Shown one piece after another: positions 57,338-64,000 of a DNA stretch of 64,000 nt. Both the position numbers and the translations under genes were made by a program. The notes below the pieces were generated by a model. The model was given only the letters and a program-made list of their open reading frames with translations. It was not told the origin of the DNA and ran no database searches. Numbering within the stretch: position 1 is the first letter of the stretch; each line of letters opens with the position of its first letter. Source of the DNA: Bacillota bacterium (GTDB taxonomy: Bacteria; Bacillota; Clostridia; Tissierellales; MES13); contig VEND01000051.1 in NCBI GenBank assembly GCA_009711765.1, forward strand, positions 3,972-67,971, written 5' to 3'.

Positions 57338-58300
57338 TTGCATAAAATAGAGAGAATGATGGGTATAATTCTTTCCCTTAATAAAAATGAAAAGATGACA
57401 GCAAAGGAACTTGCTAATAAATTTGAAGTAGATATAAGAACGATTTATAGAGATATTCAAGCATTAGGAGAAATGAACATACCTATTTATTCAGAATTAG
57501 GGAATAAAGGGGGATACTCTCTTTTAGATGAATACTTCATCCCTCCGATTAGATTTAATAAAGATGAGATATTTTCTTTACTTTTATCTGAAAAATTGAT
57601 TCAAGAAATACGTATCCCAGGATATTCAAAATATATTAATTCAGCCTTTTTAAAACTAAAAAATATAGTTAATGATGAATTTCTAAATGAATTAGAGGAT
57701 ATTAAAAATAAGATTAAATTCGCAAAAAGTAGTAAATCTATACCTTTAACAGAATTTCAATATTTTGATGTAATAAAAAATGGATTAGAAAATAATATAA
57801 AAATTAAAATAGCCTATTTATATAAGTCTAAAACCTATGAAACAACTATTCATCCCTATGGTTTTGTATATATTGATGATGTTTGGTTTGTAGTATCCTT
57901 TAAAGAGGATGAAGAAATTATTGAAAGTATTCCAATACATATTATAGTTAAAGCAGAAATTAAAAATGCTAAATTTAAAACTCCTACTGACTTTGATATA
58001 GACTTATATTATTGTAAAAATCACTGTATTGTTAATTGCAAAGGATTAAGCTATACTACTATAGAGTTAAAGGTAAATAAAAAGTACTATCATAAAATAA
58101 AGGATTATATTTTCTTTAATGAGGCAAAGGTAAAGGAGTTTGAAGATTTTTATTTATTTACACTAAAAACTAAAAATCCTAATGGTTATGTTTCCCTTGC
58201 CTTTAGATTTTTTAATGAAATAGAAATTTCTAAGCCGGATTGGTTAAGAGAAGAGTTTATCAAACAATTACATTTACTTAATGATAAATATAAAATATAA
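57338..58300 (+). CDS. YafY-family transcriptional regulator (HTH_11 + WYL domain)
   Basis: TAKELANKFEVDIRTIYRDIQAL wHTH, a GGYSL linker and a central WYL-type region (I.PYGFVY.DD.WF). The start is TTG 57338 or GTG 57329. Confidence 0.8.
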   Translation: MHKIERMMGIILSLNKNEKMTAKELANKFEVDIRTIYRDIQALGEMNIPIYSELGNKGGYSLLDEYFIPPIRFNKDEIFSLLLSEKLIQEIRIPGYSKYINSAFLKLKNIVNDEFLNELEDIKNKIKFAKSSKSIPLTEFQYFDVIKNGLENNIKIKIAYLYKSKTYETTIHPYGFVYIDDVWFVVSFKEDEEIIESIPIHIIVKAEIKNAKFKTPTDFDIDLYYCKNHCIVNCKGLSYTTIELKVNKKYYHKIKDYIFFNEAKVKEFEDFYLFTLKTKNPNGYVSLAFRFFNEIEISKPDWLREEFIKQLHLLNDKYKI

Positions 58301-58305
58301 GTATG

Positions 58306-58333
58306 AAAACTCCCTTTTATTAAAAGGGAGTTT
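58306..58333. terminator. Bidirectional intrinsic terminator
   Basis: aaaactccctttt-att-aaaagggagttt. Confidence 0.8.
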
Positions 58334-58347
58334 AGTCTTTTTCATAT

Positions 58348-59121
58348 TTATCTTAATTTATCAAATTTATTCCAACCAATAATAGCAGCTCCTAAGGCTC
58401 CTGCTAATTGTGCATGGGGGGATGTATAAATATCTTTTTCTAATTTTTCGCTTAATGTATCTTTTATAACTTCACTTTTAGCAAGTCCACCAGTGAATAA
58501 TACATCATCAGTAATATTTAATTTGCCTACTAAAGCTGTTGTTCTCTTTGCTATGGAATGTATTATACCTGAAGCTATAGATTCCTTTGAAGCATCCTTA
58601 GCAAGTAAACTAATAACTTCTGATTCAGCAAAAACAGTACACATACTACTTATCGTTTCAGGTTTTTGATTTCTTGAAAGATTATCAAGTTCACTTATAT
58701 CAGTTCCAAGTAAATTAACCATAACTTCTAAAAATCTTCCGGTGCCTGCTGCACATTTATCATTCATTAAAAAGTCTGTAACATTACCTAAATTATCTAT
58801 ATTAATAACTTTACTATCCTGACCGCCTATATCAATAATTGTTCTTACATTTTCATTTAGGTAATTAGCACCCTTTCCATGGCATGTTATTTCCGTTATA
58901 GTTTTATCTGCAAAAGGAATAGCTATCCTTCCATAGCCTGTTGCAACCACAACTATATCTTCCTTTTTAGCATTTGTATTTTTTAATAATATATCTAAAA
59001 CTTTCTTTGATGATTCCTTAGGGCTCCAGCCTGTTGGGATTGTAATATGATCAATTATCCTGCCGTTAAATATTACACCTTTAGTTGCTACGGAACCAGT
59101 ATCTATACCTATAGAATACAT
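58348..59121 (-). CDS. BcrA/BadF/HgdC-type ATPase (2-hydroxyacyl-CoA dehydratase activase family)
   Basis: ASKHA fold (IGIDTGSVATKG, DIGGQDSK) with cluster-bridging Cys in NDKCAAGTGRF and SMCTVFAESE. ATG 59121 lies behind AGGAGG. Confidence 0.85.
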   Translation of the reverse strand: MYSIGIDTGSVATKGVIFNGRIIDHITIPTGWSPKESSKKVLDILLKNTNAKKEDIVVVATGYGRIAIPFADKTITEITCHGKGANYLNENVRTIIDIGGQDSKVINIDNLGNVTDFLMNDKCAAGTGRFLEVMVNLLGTDISELDNLSRNQKPETISSMCTVFAESEVISLLAKDASKESIASGIIHSIAKRTTALVGKLNITDDVLFTGGLAKSEVIKDTLSEKLEKDIYTSPHAQLAGALGAAIIGWNKFDKLR

Positions 59122-59350
59122 AAATAACCTCCTAGAGTACTTCAATAAAATTTAGTTTTTTAGTTATTTTTATTTTAAGCTTTTAAGTTAAAAATGTTAA
59201 ATAGATATAATAAATGACTATTTAAAATGATATAGGTTTTATCTATAAAGCATGTTTTAAAGGTATTAAATAATTTATTTTTTTTTATACAGTAACATTT
59301 ATTGATAAAAAGGTATAAAATATAATAACAAATTCTAGGGAGAGAAATTT

Positions 59351-59800
59351 ATGAATAGATTAAATCCAGATAAGTTATTTGTTGAATATCGTCCATATGT
59401 TACTGAGACAGAACCAATAATGCCAAGGAGATATACACTTACCCATTCAGATATTACGGCTGATTTATTTTTAACTATAGGAACATATTATGCATTTGAT
59501 AAAATAAATCAGATGAGGGATGAGGTATTAGCAGAGTGGAGGATAATAAATGGAAAGTATACTCTATATGGTTATGTTTATGTTGGAGGAGAAAATATAA
59601 AAAAAGAATTATTAGCCCTACGTTATAACATATTTAATAGGGAATTACCTTTAGCTTTAGAGGCAATTGTTTATGGGGATAGAAATTTTTTCAAAGCCCA
59701 TCCTAACCTTTTAGATGCACCTATAATAATATACTTTGATTCATATTATGAAGAATTTAATAAAGTTAAATATTTTAAAACTCCAAGGGGTTATAAGTAA
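59351..59800 (+). CDS. Stay-Green (SGR) family protein, Mg-dechelatase homologue
   Basis: PRRYTLTHSDITADLFLTIG ... MRDEVLAEW ... LYGYVYVGG is collinear with the plant SGR core (..YTLTHCD.TA.L.L.I.....RDEVVAEW...L.VH...SGG) as I recall it. Confidence 0.75.
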   Translation: MNRLNPDKLFVEYRPYVTETEPIMPRRYTLTHSDITADLFLTIGTYYAFDKINQMRDEVLAEWRIINGKYTLYGYVYVGGENIKKELLALRYNIFNRELPLALEAIVYGDRNFFKAHPNLLDAPIIIYFDSYYEEFNKVKYFKTPRGYK

Positions 59801-59827
59801 AGTCAGGTTAGTTAACTAACCTGACTT
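59798..59827. terminator. Bidirectional palindromic terminator
   Basis: aaagtcaggttagttaactaacctgacttt is a perfect palindrome. Confidence 0.8.
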
Positions 59828-59830
59828 TTA

Positions 59831-61462
59831 CTATTTACCTAATAATATAGTAATATCCATTAAATCCTGTTGAAGTTCTAATAGCTTATTTTTTAGTCTA
59901 TCATAATCCTCTTTTAAAAACTCATCATCCATAAGCTTATTAGTATTAGAAACTAGATTTTCGAATTGTTCATAAACTTCTTGTAATTCCTTTTTAATAT
60001 CCTCTTTACGTTTTATGGGTTTTAAATAATCCTTATCAAAGCTTTTTAATTCATCTTCTTTTATTTCAAAGGTATAGCCTAAATCTGGAACAATAGTTTT
60101 TACGTTGAAGTTTTTACTAACTAAATTAGCAAAAGTATTTGCTGATTCTTCTTCTCCGTGGACAATAAATATACGCTTTGGTAATTTTTTAAATCCTTTA
60201 AGCCAATTTAATAAATCACTCTGATCTGCATGACCTGAATACCCTTCAATACTATGGACTTTAGCTTCAACTACAACGTCTTCACCTAGTACTTTGACCT
60301 TTTTAGCACCATCTTTTAATATTCTTCCAAGGGTTCCTTCTGCTTGATATCCTACAAAGACTACACTATTTCTACCCTTCCATAAATTATGTTTAAGGTG
60401 ATGTTTTATTCTACCTGCTGTACACATACCACTGGCAGATATAATAACTTTAGGGAAAGTATAGTTATTAAGTCTCATAGATTCTTTATGATCCCTTACA
60501 TAATGAAGATTTTCAAATTCAAAGGGATTATCACCTTCTAAAATCATTTTCTTTGCCTCTTCATCGAAGCAATAGGTATTTTCCTTAAAGGCATCAGTAG
60601 CAGAAACTGCCATAGGGCTATCTATATAAATAGGTATTTTCATAAATTCTTCTAATGTTTCATTGTTTTCATAATACTTATTTAACTCATAAATAAGTTC
60701 TTGGGTTCTACCCACTGCAAAGGATGGAATAATAACCGTTCCTTCCCTCATAACTGTCTCATTTATAATATCTGTAAGTTTTTTAGTTCTTTCCTTTACA
60801 TTTTCATGGAGTCTATTACCATATGTTGATTCCATGATAAGATAATCTGCATCCTCAATTAAAGTAGGGTCTCTAAGGATTGGTTTGTTTTTCATTCCTA
60901 TATCCCCTGAAAAAACTATTTTTACTTTATCATTTTTTTCTTTTACCCAAAGTTCTATAATTGATGAACCTAAAATATGACCTGCATCTTTAAAGCGTAT
61001 AGAAATTTCTTCGTTGATATCTATCTTTTGATCATATAAAACAGTATCAAAATAATTAAGACTTATTTCAGCATCCTTTGCTGTGTATAAAGGCTTAATT
61101 AGTGGTTTTCCAGCCCTTTTTCTTTTTTTATTTTCCCATTTAACATCGGATTCTTGTATATGACCACTATCAACTAACATTATGTCACAAAGGTCTTTAG
61201 TAGCCTTTGTAGTAATTATTTTACCCTTAAATCCCTTTTTAACTAATAAAGGAATCCTACCACTATGGTCAATATGAGCATGACTAAGAAATAAAAAATC
61301 TATTTCTTCAGGATTAAAATTAAAATCCTCGTAATTTAATTTTTCTAAACTATCACTACCTTGATATAAACCACAGTCTAAAAGAATCTTATGTTTATCT
61401 GTAGTTATTAAATAATTTGAACCGGTTACTACTTTGGATGCTCCTAAAAATTGTATTCTCAT
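59831..61462 (-). CDS. MBL-fold beta-CASP nuclease (CPSF73/YSH1-like, COG1236) with C-terminal coiled-coil tail
   Basis: LDCG, SHAHIDHSG and ESTYG motifs and GYSGHAD (beta-CASP motif C region). The last 90 aa or so are a Glu/Lys-rich helix. Confidence 0.85.
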   Translation of the reverse strand: MRIQFLGASKVVTGSNYLITTDKHKILLDCGLYQGSDSLEKLNYEDFNFNPEEIDFLFLSHAHIDHSGRIPLLVKKGFKGKIITTKATKDLCDIMLVDSGHIQESDVKWENKKRKRAGKPLIKPLYTAKDAEISLNYFDTVLYDQKIDINEEISIRFKDAGHILGSSIIELWVKEKNDKVKIVFSGDIGMKNKPILRDPTLIEDADYLIMESTYGNRLHENVKERTKKLTDIINETVMREGTVIIPSFAVGRTQELIYELNKYYENNETLEEFMKIPIYIDSPMAVSATDAFKENTYCFDEEAKKMILEGDNPFEFENLHYVRDHKESMRLNNYTFPKVIISASGMCTAGRIKHHLKHNLWKGRNSVVFVGYQAEGTLGRILKDGAKKVKVLGEDVVVEAKVHSIEGYSGHADQSDLLNWLKGFKKLPKRIFIVHGEEESANTFANLVSKNFNVKTIVPDLGYTFEIKEDELKSFDKDYLKPIKRKEDIKKELQEVYEQFENLVSNTNKLMDDEFLKEDYDRLKNKLLELQQDLMDITILLGK

Positions 61463-61613
61463 TATAAGACCTCCTTAAAGGGCTTTTATTAATTATACCA
61501 CAGAAAACGGGGTTAAAATCAAAATTTTCTGACATTTAGTTTTTCTAAATTACTATTATTAATACTTATAGAGTGATATTATAATAATTAATAACAAAGA
61601 AAGGTAGATTTAA

Positions 61614-63950
61614 ATGCCAAAGAAAGAAATAAATATATCAATTAGAAATTTAATAGAGTTTGTTCTTCGTTCTGGTGATATAGATAGCCGTTTTGTAGGA
61701 AAATCTAGAGCAGTTGAAGGCACTAAAGCCCATCAAAGAGTGCAAAATAAAAGTGATGATAATTATACACCTGAAGTGACCCTTAAAAAAACTATAGAAT
61801 ATGATGAATTTCTTTTAAATGTACAAGGAAGGGCAGATGGAATAATAACTGAGGATCAATTAGTTATTATTGATGAAATAAAATCAACTACAAAGCCTTT
61901 AGAAAAGATAGATGAAAATTATAATATTATGCACTGGGCCCAGGCAAAATGCTATGGGTATATATATTTAACAGATAATGATATGGAAAAAATCACTATA
62001 CAGTTAACTTATTATCATTTAGATACTGAAGAAATAAAGCAGTTAAAAAAGGAATATACTAAAAAAGAATTAGAAGACTTTTTTTATGATATATTAGATA
62101 AATATTTTATTTGGGCTGATATAATAACAAAATGGGAATCTGAAAGGGATAAATCTATAAGGGATATGGATTTTCCCTTTGAAAGTTATAGGGATGGACA
62201 AAGGAAAATGGCTGTTGGTGTATATAAAAGTATTTTAGATAATAAATCCCTTTATATAGAGGCTCCAACTGGGATAGGGAAAACAATATCTACTTTATTT
62301 CCTACAATTAAAGCTATGGGTGAGAAATTAACATCTAAAATTTTTTATTTAACGGCTAAAACCATAACAAGGCAGGTTGCTGAAGAGACTTCTTTAATTA
62401 TGCTAAATAAGGGATTAAAACTTAAAACTCTTACCTTAACAGCTAAGGATAAGATATGTTTTAAGGAAGAATCTAATTGTAATCCTGATGACTGTGAATT
62501 TGCGAAGGGTCATTTTAATAGAGTAAATGAAGCCTTATTAGATATTTTTAAAAATGAAGTTTCATTAACAAGGAAAGTTATAGAAGATTATGCAAAGAAG
62601 TATAAGGTTTGTCCCTTTGAGTTTTCCTTAGACTTAACCTTATTTTCAGATTGTGTAATATGTGATTATAACTATGTTTTTGATCCAAGGGTTTATTTGA
62701 AGAGATTTTTTTTAGATAATAGTGGAGATTATATATTTTTAATAGATGAAGCCCATAATCTAGTTGATAGATCAAGGGATATGTTTTCAGCAAAACTTAA
62801 TAAACAAAGGTTTTTAGATGTAAGAAGATTAATAAAGGATAAAAATAAAAAGATAGCTAAAGCTTTAAAAAAGGTTAATAATAAAATGTTAGATATAAAA
62901 AAGAAATGTGAAGATTCATTTTTAGTACAAAGTGAAGAGCCCGATGATATTTATTATCCTTTAAGAAATTTTATAAAGGAATCGGAAAGTTTTTTAACTG
63001 AGAATAGAGCAAAGAAGGGGTATGATGATTTATTAGAATTATATTTTGACTCGTTAGCCTTTTTAAAAATATCTGAATTCTTTGATGAAAGATATAAAAC
63101 CTATGCTTTTATTAATGGTAAGGATTTAGAGCTTAAATTGTTTTGTCTTGACCCTTCTTTTTTATTAAAAGAGGCGATAAAAAGGGGTAAATCAGCAGTA
63201 TTTTTCTCAGCAACCTTAACTCCTATAAAGTATTATAGAGATATATTAGGAGGAAATGAAGAGGATAATATAATGAAACTTTCATCCCCCTTTGATAGAA
63301 AAAATTTAGAACTTTTAATAGCTAGTAATATATCTACTAAATATAGATTCAGAGAATTTAGCTATTTTAGTATAGCAGAATATATAAAAGGCGTTTCAGA
63401 TGGGAAAAAGGGAAATTATCTTGTGTTTTTTCCATCCTATAAGTATATGGAATCTGTATATGAGGTATTTAAAGAAAACTACCCTAATATAAAAACTATG
63501 ACTCAAAGTAAAGCTATGACAGAATTAGAAAGGGAAGATTTTTTAGATGAATTTATATTAAATCCTAAAGAAACATTAGTAGTATTTGCAGTTTTAGGAG
63601 GGATTTTCTCTGAAGGGATTGACCTTAAAGGAGAAAGACTATCAGGGGCAATAATAGTAGGTGTAGGACTTCCTAGAATATGTTATGAAAGGGATATAAT
63701 AAAGGATTATTTTACAAAGAAAAAAAATCTAGGTTTTGAATATGCATATATGTATCCAGGAATGAATAAGGTTTTACAAGCATCAGGTAGGGTTATAAGG
63801 ACTCATAATGATAAGGGAATAGTTTTACTTATAGATGAGAGATTTATCTATAGAGGATATAAAAACTTATTTCCTAAAAAGTGGTTTCCTTATAAGTTAG
63901 TTAAAAATAAAGAGAATCTAGAAAGGGAAGTTAAAAACTTTTGGAAATAA
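61614..63950 (+). CDS. PD-(D/E)XK (RecB-family) nuclease domain fused to an XPD/DinG-type Fe-S SF2 helicase
   Basis: N-terminus has GRADGI, IIDEIKS and QAKCYGYIY (D..D/ExK..QxxxY). Helicase part has Walker A APTGIGKT and DEAH LIDEAHNL. Four Cys (CFKEESNCNPDDC...CPFE) lie between motifs I and II. C-terminal QASGRVIR. Confidence 0.85.
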   Translation: MPKKEINISIRNLIEFVLRSGDIDSRFVGKSRAVEGTKAHQRVQNKSDDNYTPEVTLKKTIEYDEFLLNVQGRADGIITEDQLVIIDEIKSTTKPLEKIDENYNIMHWAQAKCYGYIYLTDNDMEKITIQLTYYHLDTEEIKQLKKEYTKKELEDFFYDILDKYFIWADIITKWESERDKSIRDMDFPFESYRDGQRKMAVGVYKSILDNKSLYIEAPTGIGKTISTLFPTIKAMGEKLTSKIFYLTAKTITRQVAEETSLIMLNKGLKLKTLTLTAKDKICFKEESNCNPDDCEFAKGHFNRVNEALLDIFKNEVSLTRKVIEDYAKKYKVCPFEFSLDLTLFSDCVICDYNYVFDPRVYLKRFFLDNSGDYIFLIDEAHNLVDRSRDMFSAKLNKQRFLDVRRLIKDKNKKIAKALKKVNNKMLDIKKKCEDSFLVQSEEPDDIYYPLRNFIKESESFLTENRAKKGYDDLLELYFDSLAFLKISEFFDERYKTYAFINGKDLELKLFCLDPSFLLKEAIKRGKSAVFFSATLTPIKYYRDILGGNEEDNIMKLSSPFDRKNLELLIASNISTKYRFREFSYFSIAEYIKGVSDGKKGNYLVFFPSYKYMESVYEVFKENYPNIKTMTQSKAMTELEREDFLDEFILNPKETLVVFAVLGGIFSEGIDLKGERLSGAIIVGVGLPRICYERDIIKDYFTKKKNLGFEYAYMYPGMNKVLQASGRVIRTHNDKGIVLLIDERFIYRGYKNLFPKKWFPYKLVKNKENLEREVKNFWK

Positions 63951-63974
63951 TTTTGAGGGGCTAACCCCTCAAAA
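63951..63974. terminator. Intrinsic terminator hairpin
   Basis: ttttgagggg-ctaa-cccctcaaaa directly follows the stop codon. Confidence 0.75.
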
Positions 63975-64000
63975 CTTTAGCTGCCTTTTCAATACCTTCT

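Noticed and set aside
61463-61613. Searched the divergent nuclease/helicase intergenic region for a Firmicute LexA (Cheo) box.
   Set aside because: No GAAC-N4-GTTC-like motif is present. Only a weak cagaaaa/ttttctg inverted repeat was seen.
63961-64000. Possible 3' end of a minus-strand gene at the right edge (translation ..EGIEKAAKVLRG*).
   Set aside because: Only about 13 codons are visible, and they overlap the terminator hairpin. This is too short to support a call.
1-64000. Scan for CRISPR arrays, tRNA/rRNA genes, prophage or integrase genes, toxin-antitoxin pairs and known defence-system signatures.
   Set aside because: No regularly spaced direct repeats, no cloverleaf-like or rRNA-like GC-rich islands and no integrase, recombinase or reverse transcriptase were found. 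The only mobile element found is the IS200/IS605 copy.

Overview
Very AT-rich segment (about 70% A+T by eye, not computed) from the chromosome of a low-GC Firmicute, most likely an anaerobic Clostridia-class organism. No rRNA, tRNA or CRISPR array was seen. Gene content from left to right: a convergent pair of c-di-GMP turnover genes; a TraB-family protein; a CBS-domain family II pyrophosphatase; a split YeeE/TusA sulfur-uptake locus with a divergent LysR regulator; one complete IS200/IS605 element (tnpA, tnpB, end hairpins) inserted just after the LysR gene; a dTDP-aminosugar, polyprenyl-P GT2, ATP-grasp and ABC importer operon facing a convergent ArnT-like GT-C; a sulfur cluster with two surface-lipoprotein rhodaneses, a fused YeeE and a CoA-disulfide-reductase-rhodanese; a nine-gene V-type ATPase operon; a PotA/FbpC-type ABC importer; a small cassette bracketed by a duplicated yitT 3' end; signal peptidase I; a pyrBICFKDE operon behind two PyrR RNA sites; a GNAT next to a decayed LD-carboxypeptidase pseudogene; an ABC-2 exporter; a radical SAM enzyme; an MFS, methyltransferase and WYL-regulator trio; an orphan HgdC-type activase; a bacterial Stay-Green homologue; and a divergent beta-CASP nuclease and PD-(D/E)XK-XPD helicase pair. 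The best candidate for an undescribed system is the Arn-like aminosugar surface-modification locus (13.4-22.4 kb). Secondary candidates are the extracytoplasmic rhodanese/YeeE/CoADR-RHD module, a TnpB that lacks zinc-finger cysteines, and the Stay-Green homologue. All functional calls come from motif recognition by eye; no database search was run.
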